A DNA stretch of 64,000 nucleotides from Octopus sinensis. Its lineage: Eukaryota. Shown here piece after piece: positions 12,236 through 24,338 of this stretch; the first letter of the stretch is position 1, and each line of letters starts with the position of its first letter. The notes under the pieces were generated by a model, which had not been told where the DNA came from, made no database searches, and saw only the letters and a program-made list of their open reading frames with translations. Position numbers and translations under genes: made by a program. Where the stretch lies: positions 23,262,464 through 23,326,463 of the forward strand of contig NC_043011.1 of the NCBI RefSeq assembly GCF_006345805.1, given 5' to 3'.

Positions 12236-14098
12236 CATTGGGGGAACACATATTTCATTCAATGATATCTGACACTTGATTCGAAGTAATTTTGGTATGT
12301 TGAGTTCGAATTTCAACTCAGTTTGACCCTGTCTTGTCAACAGCCTATATACCATTTTCCAGATTTTTCAAATTAGGACTAAAAAATTAAGCCATATGTT
12401 TAAATTTATTTTCAAGTTTCATGAATATAAGCAGTTTAAACAACTGTAAAATAACATTATATCATTAGAAATGACTTAAAATAAAGAGATATGAAGCTTT
12501 CACTCTGGCAAAAATTTTATTTTATAAAACTTTCTAGCGTATTTGCTTGTTGATGACAGGTCTGTCTTCAAGCACCGACAATAATCAGCCATCATAGGGA
12601 ATCCCAACGTCCTTGGTACTGTTCCTCCATAATTTTGATATCTTGGTGGAATCTTTCCCCTTGTTCATCCCTTACAGCACCTAAATTACTTGGAAATTAG
12701 TCAAGAGGGCTATTCAAAAAATGCATGTTTACGCTCATATTGCAAATTATCTTTTTGTTGCCTCTTAAAAACTTTTAACGATTTCTTCGTAGTTATCTGC
12801 CCCATAACTGACTAGAAAGCTTTCTACTAATCTCACGAATGAGTACCAGGCATTTTTTCGCGTTCATATATGACATTAGGAAAATCATAGTCTTTAATTT
12901 ATGTTCTTATTTGTGGACAGTTGAAAATTCCCGCTGTAATTTTTTCACAACTTAAACTTGGAAATTTTGAAGTTACATATCTCAAGCTTATACATACTGT
13001 TTAATAAAGCCTAGTTTGATATGCAGAGGAGGAAATATGATTTTATCTCTGGTCACTAAAGGTGGATATTTACATTTTTTTTCCTCCGACAGTAAGTGCA
13101 GTTCACATTGGCCAGATTTGTCTGAGATAATGTTAAGTAAAGGAAACAGGGATATTTAGTATACCCTGCTTGTTGTCCTAGCAGAAAAATTAACCATTTT
13201 TAAGTGTACACTTATGATCCACTAGTGCTCCCTATATCTGATACGATTTATTATTAAGGCGGCGAACTGGCAGAAACGTTAGCACACCGGGTGAAATGCG
13301 TAGCCGTATTTCGTCTGCCGTTACATTCTGAGTTCAAATTCCGCCGAGGTCGACTTTGCCTTTTATCCTTTCGGGGTCGATAAATTAAGTACCAGTTATG
13401 CACTAGGGTCGATGTAATCGACTTAATCCGTTTGTCTGTCCTTGTTTGTCCTCTCTGTGTTTAGCCCCTTGTGGGCAATAAAGAAATATATATCTGATAC
13501 GATTTAAAACCTTTACTGTATGTTTATACTTTCCTTTCTGAGTGCCTAATCGATATCGAGCCATATAGGTTGCTATTATGCAACAACACACACTCAAACC
13601 TTCTTTCCGAACTGTCTAAAAACAAGCGTAAGATTCAATCCCCATCTCCTGTAACAAACCAGGAATGTCGCAACAATATACTAAATTATTCTCAGTTCTA
13701 AAATATTTAAGAAGTTCTCTTTTTCTCTAAAATGTAATGTATGTGTTTGAAGTAAGCAAGTTTTACTCTCTAAGTGTTGAAGCTAAAATTTCCGCAGCCT
13801 TTTTTTGGTAAATTAAGATCCTTTACAAGATCATTCAACTCGCCCTGGTTAAACTTTTGCAGATCATTTTGGCTTTCAAATACGCAGGAGTTAAAATCAA
13901 TGTCAGACTCCTCAGAATGTACAACAATACTTTCTGAAACATCTTCAAATGATTCTTGAGGTAGCAGATTCTTAAATATTGGAATGAGGATTTCATTCGA
14001 ATGTGGCACAGGTCGTCAAAATCAGTACCTGAAAGAGTACTGATATAAAATTCGTGCTGAGCGAACCCAGGCAAAACGTTTAAATTTGTTCCCCAGTG
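12236..14098 (-). mobile_element. Chapaev3-like (CMC) DNA transposon remnant with both termini
   Basis: Termini cattgggggaaca (12236) and cactggggaaca (rc, 14098); TAA on both flanks; remnants PSNLGAVRDEQGERFHQDIKIMEEQYQGRWD (rc ~12580-12690) and FNQGELNDLVKDLNLPK (13770-14009). Family name from recall. Confidence 0.7.
13256..13488 (+). mobile_element. SINE family A (one unit) inserted in the Chapaev3-like element, 18-bp TSD
   Basis: tatatctgatacgattta at 13233-13250 and 13489-13506. Confidence 0.9.
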
Positions 14099-14184
14099 TA
14101 ATAGATTATATAACTGCAATACTTATGTTATATAAATGACACTCAAATACACACCACAAGCGCGCGCACACACACACACACACA

Positions 14185-14220
<36 letters not shown>

Positions 14221-14628
14221 TATATATATACACATGCATATAATGGTGCAATTATTCAATCATTTATGTGCTTCCATCTTCAATGCAAGCTGGAAAATGG
14301 TGAACCGACAAAGAAAGCAAAGAAATACTAATCGCTTGGTTGATCAACATCGCTTGGTTGATCAAAATCAATCTCTCCTATCCTGTAAAAACAGGATGCA
14401 ACCAAATTACTAAAACAGTATAGTTTATATTCACATGAAACATACACTCATGTAATCATGCAATTACGTAAGCTGCTCTATTTTATCCACCAACATTAAT
14501 GTTCATTTTGATATGAGATAATCGTTACCTTAGCGATTGGTGGCAAATAATAGAGTAATGTAAATATAAAGTAAGAAACGGAAAAGTGTTAACATATACA
14601 TACACACACAAATATGCATGCACACATT

Positions 14629-14789
14629 CGAGGAAGTACTGAAAAGTTTCTGGATTTTATTCAACATATTCCCTTCTCAGATTCACATACTTATTGCACC
14701 GGTCCTTCAGTTTTACTAAGCCCTGTAAAAGAAACCAGAAGGTTGGGCCTCCAACCAGGCCTTTTGCGATACTTTTCAACATGCCGTCG
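14629..14789. mobile_element. Mariner-type MITE
   Basis: Imperfect TIRs cgaggaagtactgaaaagt / acttttcaacatgccgtcg followed by TA. Confidence 0.45.
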
Positions 14790-14825
14790 TATATGTGCGT
14801 CTATATACATACATACATACATACA

Positions 14826-14920
<95 letters not shown>

Positions 14921-14955
14921 CATTTCTTCATTATATACATATGCATACACACACA

Positions 14956-14994
<39 letters not shown>

Positions 14995-15386
14995 TACATA
15001 TGATGGGCTTCTTTCAGTTTCGGCCTATCAAGTCCATTGACGAGGCTTTTGTCGGCCTGTGGCTATAATAGAAGACACTTGCCCAATATGCCATGCAATG
15101 GCAATAAAATTCCTTCAAAATAATGCAGAATTTCAACTGGCGACGTAGTTCATATTCTGCCTGATTTTGAACGAATTTTTTGCCTTTTGCAGATATGTTA
15201 GTAATCTATTTATGATCAAATATGATAGTGTAAGTTATTTGCATGTTTTTGAGTTACGAAACAAATTTGTCGTGATATTTGGAATTTTTCTTTTGTTAAA
15301 AAAAGTTTATCTAAATAAATTCTCTATCATTTATAACTATATATATATATAAAAAATTGTGAAGCATGACTGTCACCTCTACTACG

Positions 15387-15431
15387 TGAACCTGAAGATT
15401 GCAGAATTTAATGCATGAAAGTACTAGTTCA
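15387..15431 (+). ncRNA. Compact type I HHR, family C
   Basis: tgaac-CTGAAGA-t-tgca(gaatttaa)tgca-t-GAAA-gtac-TA-gttca: 5-bp stem I, palindromic GTAC loop III, CUA triplet. Confidence 0.65.
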
Positions 15432-15606
15432 ATCAGAATGAACATTTAACATTCCATTATTTTATTTTATTTCATTATATTATATTATCTTATACTCTAT
15501 CATTATAAGATTGTAAATAAAACGTGAAAATCAGACAAGGTTGGAATTCCTTTTATTAATATATATATATATATATAATATATATAATATATATATATAT
15601 AATATA

Positions 15607-16014
15607 TATATGAATAATGAAAAGAATGGAGTCGAACGAAGATTTTATCAAAATTCCTTACTTTCGACATATGTTTCGAATACTGCAATTCTTAATTCCG
15701 AAGGAATGAAGGTTGCATTATGCCGTCTTCTCATCAGGAAATACAAGGAACCTCTATCAGCCTCAAGACGAACAAAAGCTTCTTACTGTCTGCCTACATG
15801 GTTTCCACAGTGAAAACCATGTAGGCAGACGGTAAGAAGCTTTTGTTCGTCTTGAGGCTGATAGAGGTTCCTTGTTTTTCCTGATGAGAAGACGGCATAA
15901 TGCAACCTTCATTCCTTCGGAATTAAGAATTTGCAGTATTCGAAACATATGTCGAAAGTAAAGGAATTTTGATAAAATCTTCGTTCGACTCCATTCTTTT
16001 CATTTATTCATATA
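15607..16014. repeat. Near-perfect 408-bp fold-back palindrome
   Basis: Arms 15607-15808 and 15810-16014, centre cac-a-gtg at 15809; I count 3 single-base indels and 3 mismatches. Confidence 0.95.
15868..15966 (+). ncRNA. Canonical type I HHR, family D (mirror copy on the minus strand at 15654-15750)
   Basis: CTGATGA 15881-15887; long imperfect stem II closed by G15888-C15941; GAAAC-ATAT-GTC; stem I 5 bp + 2x2 loop + 6 bp (ttcctt/aaggaa). Confidence 0.8.
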
Positions 16015-16150
16015 AAAACACACAAATTTCTACACACGAACACGGGGTTCAGCACTTGGCATGTAACTTCAACCGTGTTTTACTGAAGTGAATTTGCTAC
16101 CCAGGTATCGATTAACATAATTATCCATACTAGGATAATTCATTCATCTA

Positions 16151-16192
<42 letters not shown>

Positions 16193-16306
16193 ATATACAT
16201 ATATATATATACGTTTATACATACGTACATACATACATACATACATACATATACACACACACACACATAATATATATATATATATACACATTTATACATA
16301 CATACA

Positions 16307-16364
<58 letters not shown>

Positions 16365-16366
16365 TA

Positions 16367-16397
<31 letters not shown>

Positions 16398-17039
16398 TAC
16401 AGCTGTAAGCTAGTAAAGCTGATTACGCAAATCCTATTTTCTGTCATTCTTTAATTGATATGTGTATGCATACATATATGCATACATACATACATACATA
16501 CATACATACATACATACATACATACATACATACATACATGCATACATACATACATACATTCATACATACATGCATACATACATACATATTCCTTCCTCCT
16601 TTTAACTGTATAGTTACACACACACGCGCGCGCCCACCACACAGATAACAAGTACCTCTATGTACATACATGAGCAAGTACTACGCATTCATTTGCAATA
16701 TTCGGTTCTGAGCATATAACGTACAACATATTTAACCTATTAACTACATCCTACTCTACGAGTGTTAATTGAACTTACTAAATACATTGGTAGCTACAAA
16801 TGTCCGCCCAATCTTATCTAGTTTCAATTTAGTGACAAAGTGTTGGCTATAGTCTACATGTTCATTCCATTGTGTATTATAGGATTACAAACGAGCACTC
16901 CTAACATATTTTCCATCTGATGAAATTGACATGTTATTCGCTTAACTACCACGTCGCACGGTCCTTTCCATCTTATCAATTTCCATTCCACCCTTCCCTT
17001 GAAGTACTTATATTACACTATACAAGAACATTTTTATTT

Positions 17040-17515
17040 TGGTCTTTAATCAGTAAGTGTTATTTCCTATTTGCTTCTATTTAGAAATCAAAGGAAACGA
17101 CGACTGTTCCCATCAAACTTTATTTTGTGACCGGGTCATCAATATTTTGAAACTGACCTATTTTCCATTTCATTTCTGATAGATTCAGAGCTGAGTTGCT
17201 GAAACAGAAATATCATTATAGCAAATATCCTGCTCAGTACCACAGATTTACTTGCCAGTTGCTTGCACTTGACTACTTGAGCATGTCCCTTAGTAGCTGA
17301 CGATATGTGCATTTCTGATCATGAGCAGAAGTAATGGGGAGCAGCATAACCATATGTTGAGAGAGATTCTTTGGGGGGGGGGGGTGAATAAATGTAACAA
17401 AAGCAAAATTTGAAGGAAACATTAGCCATTTTTCTTACTTTCTAGTGTTATGCCAATAGTAAATAACAGTTGCTACCCAAAGACAAAAGTCGTGTTGCAC
17501 AGTGTTAGTTTTGTT
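17040..17515. repeat. Unclassified interspersed repeat; second copy at ~54580-55010
   Basis: Shared tagaaatcaaaggaaa...gatatgtgca..tctgatca.gagcagaagta..gggagca.cata..ca..tgttgagag...aaagcaaa.tttgaaggaaa.attagccattttt. Confidence 0.75.
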
Positions 17516-17608
17516 TTGGGGTTTGAAGAAGTCACCAGTGACCAAACATTGAAGTGAATGTCATTGTCATTAAAATAAACATACCTTGCTTCATAATAAA
17601 ATATGGAG

Positions 17609-17642
<34 letters not shown>

Positions 17643-17684
17643 GACGAAGACAGGTGGTGTAGTAACGCTCGGGAAGTGAAAAAG

Positions 17685-17721
17685 TCTTTAACGTTTCGAG
17701 CCTACGCTCTTCCACAGAAAG
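17685..17721 (-). ncRNA. Minimal HHR motif, family A
   Basis: Reverse complement cttt-CTGTGGA-a-gagc(gtag)gctc-GAAA-cgt-t-aaag. Confidence 0.55.
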
Positions 17722-17789
17722 GAAGACAGAAAGAAACAAGGAGAGAAAATAAACGAAGGAAAACATTGGACTGGCGGATATCCAAGATG

Positions 17790-17877
17790 TAGCCCCGGCC
17801 CAGATCATCACAGATTCTCCTCCATGTTTAACAGTTGGAAGATGGTAGTCTGGGTCAAATGCTTCTTTTGGCTGTGA
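17790..17877 (-). mobile_element. Short fragment of the DD36E Tc1 family
   Basis: cagatcatcacagattctcctccatgtttaacagttggaaga...ctgggtcaaatg.ttcttttggctgt matches 21794-21868. Confidence 0.75.
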
Positions 17878-19919
17878 CTAGCGATCTATCATAATAAAAT
17901 ACTGGCACAAATCAAGCTGACCAATGTCTGTTTAAATTTAGTGTTCTTTGCCACTGGTGGAATTACGAGAATACCAACAGTGAGATGAGACATCCTGAAT
18001 AGAAATGATGGCTGAGGGTATAAATGTAGCAACGAACAGGTATAATACTGGGTCTGGTGACAGATACCCCGTCAAATATGCTTGCTTCAGATGCCTAATG
18101 CTACTGTTTACCATCTTCATCATAACATAATAGTGACAGCACATTTCTTCTTTTATATTTTATTTGTTTCAATCAGTAATGGAACGAATCGTCCTCAGTA
18201 CTTATCATTTTTTTAAAGCCCGGCACTTATTCTATTGGTCTCCTTTGCCGAACCGTTACGTTACGGCTACGTAAACACACCAACAGATAGATTCAGCGCT
18301 AGTGGGGACAAACACAAACGCACATATTTAAATTTATCTCTTCAGATTTTCTATAAAATTTAGAGTCACCACTGAAAGTTACAACGTTTCATACGCGAAT
18401 ACTCTATGTAAACAATGTGATCGAAGATAGAAAAAATAGGTAATTGATGTATATGAATATTTCAGGAGTCATTGCCTCTTCTTCAGTGCCACATCCAACC
18501 CATTAACTATCCACGAATACATTGCTGAAATATCCACTAAGTTCAGCGGTATAATTCTATAGGATAGACAAAATTAGATATTAACCACGTTCCTGGAAAA
18601 TGCTGCGTACATATTAATTACTGGTTAGGACACCGTATTTCGTTTTGTAACCATAATATACAACCAATTATATCAAAGACTCATAAGTCAATGCCGTATC
18701 CTAGTTTTGTGCTAGCAGTACGCTGTTTCATTTTTAAGTGTATTTGTAGATTTCTTTTTTTTTTTAATTTAGTACCAGCGCTGAAAGTTACGATGTTTCG
18801 TATACGAATAAATCTACGTAAAGAATGCGACCGAAAACAGAAAAATAGTATATTCATATTTCAGAAATTATTGCACCTTCTTCAATACCACATCCAACCC
18901 ATTTACTATCTACGAATATATTGCTTGAATACCCACGAAGTTGTAAATTCTATGGGGCCATTTAGAGGCTTCCTCATTAGCACGTGTTCATTCAAGAGGA
19001 TTCCTAGGTTCACTTCTCTGAGAAAATCAATTTAACACGCAGTTACTGCTTGTCGCAACACGTTTGGGCCGAATGACAATGAGCCAAAACAAAGAAGCTA
19101 TTATACGGCCCTAGACCAGCTAGAAATAGCAGCCAAATCTCTCTCTTTTTCCCCTCTCTCCTTCTCTCTCTCTCCATCTCTCTCTGTCTCTCTCCATCTC
19201 CCTGTCTCTCTCTCCATCTCTCTGTCACTCTCTCCAATTCACTGTTCCTCTCTTGAATCACAAAACAAATTAAGGACACATTGGATAATGTAATCTCAGA
19301 TGTCTCTAAAACTATGAGATGGTCACGGCTGGGATGCCTTTCATCATAAAATTGCTAAATCGGAGTTGGCAGCAGAGTTAAATAGCAGCAAAAGAAGAAG
19401 GAGCAGCAGCGAGAACCTAGACACTATTCCTTCTTTTCTGATTCTGTTATGAAGATGCTAACTGTCTGGTCTATCTTCTGTACTCGCATTACTCTGCTTG
19501 ATTATTCAAGCTGGGTCTCACCAAATCACATTATACACCCCACCTTCTGGATTTCGACTACAAATGTTGATTGACAATTCATTAACACATAAACGAAAAT
19601 AACTAAAAAACCACAACAACATCTAACTACTCTGCCAGTTACTTTTCTCTCACGTTGTGTTCATAATTATTTCGAATTCTTGTTTTTAAATGAAGTTCAT
19701 CAGAAAAAACACGTTTTTCGTAAATCCGTGGGTTTCGCCATCAAAATTACAGTGGCATTTGTCAGCCTACCAAGAATTTTAAATATGAGCAGAGCTTTTG
19801 TTGCTACTGTTGTGGCTTCGTTGTTGCTTTATTGTTCTTGTTGGTGTCCCTGGGAGATTAAATTCGTAATGAGGTAGTTCATTACTAATTACTTTCTATT
19901 TTGATGATAATTTCGTACG

Positions 19920-19973
<54 letters not shown>

Positions 19974-19988
19974 ACACACACACACACA

Positions 19989-21286
19989 TTGGGTCATCCC
20001 ATAAATGGTGTGGGTTTTTTTATACTTCTTTTTTTTTCAAAATAAGATAAGCAAAATTCTTTCTTAATCTAAAATATGCTTTCCTTAATTTTCTACAATG
20101 CTCTTCCATCTATCTGGTAGACTTGCAAGGTCCCATTTCCAAAATTCACTTGCCCGTGACGAAAAATACTCCTCCAGTACTGTTCTTACCTCGTCTACAG
20201 AACTCATATTTTTTCTGTCCAAATGATTTTGAAGACTACGGAATAAATGATAATCAGATGCGGCATTGTCCGGCGAATATGGTGGTTTCGGTAAATATGG
20301 TGGGTTCAGCGAATATGGTGGGTTCGGCGAATATGGTGGGGCATCATTTTCCCTTCAAACTGCTCTAGCCTTTGGAATGTCATTATCGCTGACATTCCTG
20401 ATGGGGGTACACTTTTCATTTTGAAACCAAAAATAGTGGTTTTCCTTCTATCACTGACTTAAGCCGCTCAAGCTGCTCGCAGCAGATCTCCTTTGTTATC
20501 GTTTGGTTTGGGTTTAAAAGTTCAAAGTGGACTAAACCTTTCATATCCTACCAAACAGACAACAGCACCTTACGTGAGTGAAGACCTTCTTTAGCTTGGA
20601 GTGCTGGTATTTTTCCTTTCCCTAACCACTGTCTTCGGCGCTTGACATTTTTATAGAGAGCCCATTTACGTCACCAGTCACTATTCGTCCTAAAAAAGGT
20701 TCAGTCGTGAGACATGATAGCAAAGAAGAGCACACATTCACTCTCTGCACGAGATTAGACTCAGAAAGTTTGTGAGGAACCCAATGACCCAATTTGTTGA
20801 CTTTTCCGATGGCACGCAGGTATCGATGAATGGTTGAATGACCAAATCCAAGTTTCTCTGCTAGTTCCTCAACAGATACGATGAGATTTTATTCCACCAG
20901 TGTTTGCAGGACGTCCTCATTAAGCTCAACGGAACTTCCAAGACGACGCTCGTCTCCTTGGCTGTAGTTTCCGGCTCGGAATTTCTGGAACCACCGTTGA
21001 CACTAGATTGCGCTTATTGTCTGATCCCTATATACTGCTTTAATATTCCTTGCACTTTCCATTGTGTTGTTGCCTTTATTGAACTCATAAAGCAAAATAT
21101 ACCGAATATGCTCCTTTGTCATTTCTATTATAGCTTTGAAAAATTAACTGTTAAAATCGAACTACACTCTTCAAAACTTGCACTAAGAATAAGAACAAAG
21201 TAAATTTACTACCTGCTTTTATAGCAAGTTGATGCAGGTAGTTTATTGCAATTGAAAAAAAACACATTATTTATGGGATGACCCAA
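19989..21286 (-). mobile_element. Mariner transposon, full span, transposase decayed
   Basis: TIRs ttgggtcatcccataaat / atttatgggatgacccaa; rc translation EHIRYILLYEFNKG, WFQKFRAGN, WVPHKL, PPYSPDNAASDYHLFRSLQNHL. Confidence 0.9.
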
Positions 21287-21290
21287 TATA

Positions 21291-22551
21291 CAGGGGTTGG
21301 ACAAAATAATAAAAACACCTTGAAATTTCAAACAAATTTATTTTAATATGGTGTAGGACAGCCTTTGGCAGTAATTACAGCTTGAATTCTACAAGGTAAG
21401 GACTCGTACAAACTTTGAATTGTTTCCAAAGAAATTTTCGTCCGTTCTTCAGCTAAAACAGTCTCCAGCTCTTGTAGTGATAATGGTGGAGGATATTGAA
21501 TCCTTATTTGTTTTTCTAAAATGCACAATAAATTTTCAATAATATTGAGATGTGGGGACTGTGGTGGCCAGATAAGATGTTCAACTTCACTAGAATGTTC
21601 TTTGTGCCATTCAGTAGCAACTTTAGCTGTGTGTATTGGTGCATTATCCTCGTGAAATATTGTGCTTCCCTCCGGAAACAGTTCCGCAACCATAGGAGGA
21701 ATTTGATCAGATAAAATGCTTAAATGGTCTTGACTATTAATTCTGCCATAAAGGGAAACCATTGGGCCAGCAAATTTCCAAGATATAGCACCCCAGATCA
21801 TCACAGATCCTCCTCCATGTTTAACAGTTGGAAGAAGGCAGTCTGGGTCAAATGGTTCTTTTGGCTGTCTGCACACGTCGGTTGTCAGAAATATAGTAAA
21901 GGATGACTCGTCCGAGAAAATAACATACTTCCACTGCTCTAGGGACCAATTCTGTAGGTTTTTACTCCACTCTAAACGCTTTGCAACTTTTGTTTTTGAA
22001 AATAGTGGTCTTCTGATTGCAGCCCTCCAGTGAAATCCGGCTTTGTGCAGCTCCCGGTGAATAGTTTTTGTGGAAACTGGGTTCTCAAGGTGGTCATTAA
22101 GCTCTGCAGTAATTTGAAGAGTTGTACTTTTGCGATCCTTTCTAACAATTCGCGTAAGAGAGCGACGATCACTATCTGAAAGATTTATTTTTCTTCCAGA
22201 GTTTTGTTTCGACGAGTAGGTTTTTCCCTCATTCTCAAAGTCTGTCATTACTTTCGAGACAGTACTTCTTGATGCACCAAGCATTTCGGCTGTTTTCGTT
22301 ACGCTAGAGCCTGCCATACGAGCACCAACAATTTGACTTCTTTGAAAGTCCGTTAGATCTGTCATTTTAATGAATTTTAATTACCTTTTTCTGATATCTG
22401 AAAAGACACACCACTTTTAGTACAACATATTAAGCAACACAAACAATAAATCACAAAACATAAAAAAAACAAGCTTTTGACGTTTTTTAAAGATATTTCA
22501 AAATTATGATGCTATGATGCTAGGTGTTTCCATTATTTTGTCTAACCCCTG
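21291..22551 (-). mobile_element. Tc1-family transposon (DD36E spacing) with both TIRs
   Basis: TIR caggggttggacaaaataat...aacacct (21291) and aggtgtttccattattttgtctaacccctg (to 22551); TA on the left, CA on the right. Confidence 0.95.
21343..22365 (-). CDS. Tc1-like transposase, 340 aa, open frame
   Basis: Paired-like HTH N-terminus, FSDES, GGSVMIWGAI, EDNAPIH...WPPQSPHLNIIE; 3-aa in-frame deletion relative to the copy at 32132-32782 (TTDV vs TTGRVYV). Confidence 0.85.
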   Translation of the reverse strand: MTDLTDFQRSQIVGARMAGSSVTKTAEMLGASRSTVSKVMTDFENEGKTYSSKQNSGRKINLSDSDRRSLTRIVRKDRKSTTLQITAELNDHLENPVSTKTIHRELHKAGFHWRAAIRRPLFSKTKVAKRLEWSKNLQNWSLEQWKYVIFSDESSFTIFLTTDVCRQPKEPFDPDCLLPTVKHGGGSVMIWGAISWKFAGPMVSLYGRINSQDHLSILSDQIPPMVAELFPEGSTIFHEDNAPIHTAKVATEWHKEHSSEVEHLIWPPQSPHLNIIENLLCILEKQIRIQYPPPLSLQELETVLAEERTKISLETIQSLYESLPCRIQAVITAKGCPTPY

Positions 22552-22600
22552 CATACATATACATACATACATACATACATACATACATACATACATACAT

Positions 22601-22650
<50 letters not shown>

Positions 22651-22651
22651 G

Positions 22652-22727
<76 letters not shown>

Positions 22728-22841
22728 AAAGAGCTTCTATAGAAGCTCCTTCTATAAAATAAATTACTTTACTCTACTATGTATTGAGTACCTTATTTAC
22801 TGTGGTTAACCCCGACTCAACCCGGGACCTACATATATATA

Positions 22842-22889
<48 letters not shown>

Positions 22890-22912
22890 TATATATATAC
22901 ATATATAATGGA

Positions 22913-23210
22913 ATGTGAAGGCGAATGGCTTAGTGATTTGGTTGTTGCGCTCAGGATTGTGAGACCGGGCACTGCGTTGTGTTCTTGAGCAAAACACTAC
23001 ATTTCACGTTCTCTGTGATCATTTTGTCATCTGACATGTGGAACATCGTGCACCTATACAGGTAATGTCAAGTTGATGGAGGGTGTGAGCCTATGTTAGC
23101 ATAAACATTTGATCACTATAAACAAACCATCTGTGTGGTTGTTCGGCAAGAAATTGCAGAGTCCTCATTCGTTGTCTAACGCCGTGAGAACCGCATGATA
23201 TAATGGAATG
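22913..23210 (+). mobile_element. tRNA/CORE-like SINE family G2; 3' part also at 27650-27870 (-)
   Basis: tgtgaaggcgaatggcttagtg head, gttcttgagcaaaacact core; tail gatcactataaacaa...gttgttcggcaagaa matches the rc of 27680-27760. Confidence 0.6.
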
Positions 23211-24289
23211 ACAGTGACGATGTAAATGAAAATAATAACAATAAAAATAAGTAACACCCATACGCCGAATTAAACCGAAAAAATGTGACAGGTGGCATTG
23301 AGAGTAACAGGCACGTTTATGACGGTCACATTATTGTCAAATTTATTTCATTGTGAATAGAGACGTTCTGTAGTACGGACAAGAATGTTATAAAATTCAC
23401 TGCCATTACCATCATTTCCTCGTTTTCCGCTGATTCATAAAAGAGCAGAAGCTTATACAATACCGCTAATTTATGAAGATTATTCAGCACTTATCTTTTA
23501 CTCATGGTTATTTACTCGACACTAGGGGATGACTCGACTTGCTATTGAATTGTAGTCGGATTTACTACAAACCACACATAAGCACACATACACCCCGCTA
23601 TCATTTAAAACGTGTGTCCATATTGAATACTATCATCTGTAGTATACAATGCATTAAAAAAAAAACAAAGACAGGAGGGAGTTAGTTGTTATGAGCTGAT
23701 GGGGTGGAGAGGGCCCTACACTCGACCCAGGGGTCACATGACTTGCTGAAAAATGGTAATCAAATTTGTTTGAAACAACCCACCTCTGCTATCGTCTAAA
23801 AAGGTAGCGATATTAGATAATATAATCTAGAGCATATCTATTTTTTACTTGCTTCAGTCACTGAGTTGCGACGATGCTGGGGCACCACCCTGAAGAGTTT
23901 CTAGTTTAAGGTACTTTTACAGCAGCCTCTTTCTCGAACTGCTAAGAAACAGGGACAAAAACAAACTAATACAGTTAGTAGTGGGGGAGGGACTAACATA
24001 AATTCAATGACGCACAGACACACGTATACACACACAAATATATATATGTATAAAAGAAACAAGTTAAAAATAATGGTCATTATATATAATTCCTTTATTA
24101 AAGCAAATTTGGCTTACAGATGTTTCCAGTAGTCATTATAGGTACATTATTGATAGGTTTACCCAATTGGTCTATTGATCAATTGGGGTAAATTGAACGA
24201 CCTAAGAAAATTGAGGCTACTTTGGTCACACACAAGTATAAAAAGATGAGAGACAAAAAAATGGAATCTACGATACTCTTTATTCAGGA

Positions 24290-24338
24290 CCACTACGATC
24301 GTTTCGACACATCATGCACCCGTATCTCTTACAGGTAA
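24290..24338 (-). ncRNA. HHR-like motif with an 8-nt core (CUGUAAGA)
   Basis: rc ttac-CTGTAAGA-gatac(11 nt)gtgtc-GAAAC-GATC-GTA-gtgg. Confidence 0.45.

Noticed and set aside
16917-16960. CTGATGA core (also 39559 and rc 34414)
   Set aside because: No downstream hairpin plus GAAA; the 34414 match is the FTDEN codons of the maT transposase
21343-22365. Calling the Tc1 transposase active or domesticated
   Set aside because: 3-aa deletion next to the first catalytic D, atypical SPHLNII and a mutated right TA; an open frame alone is insufficient
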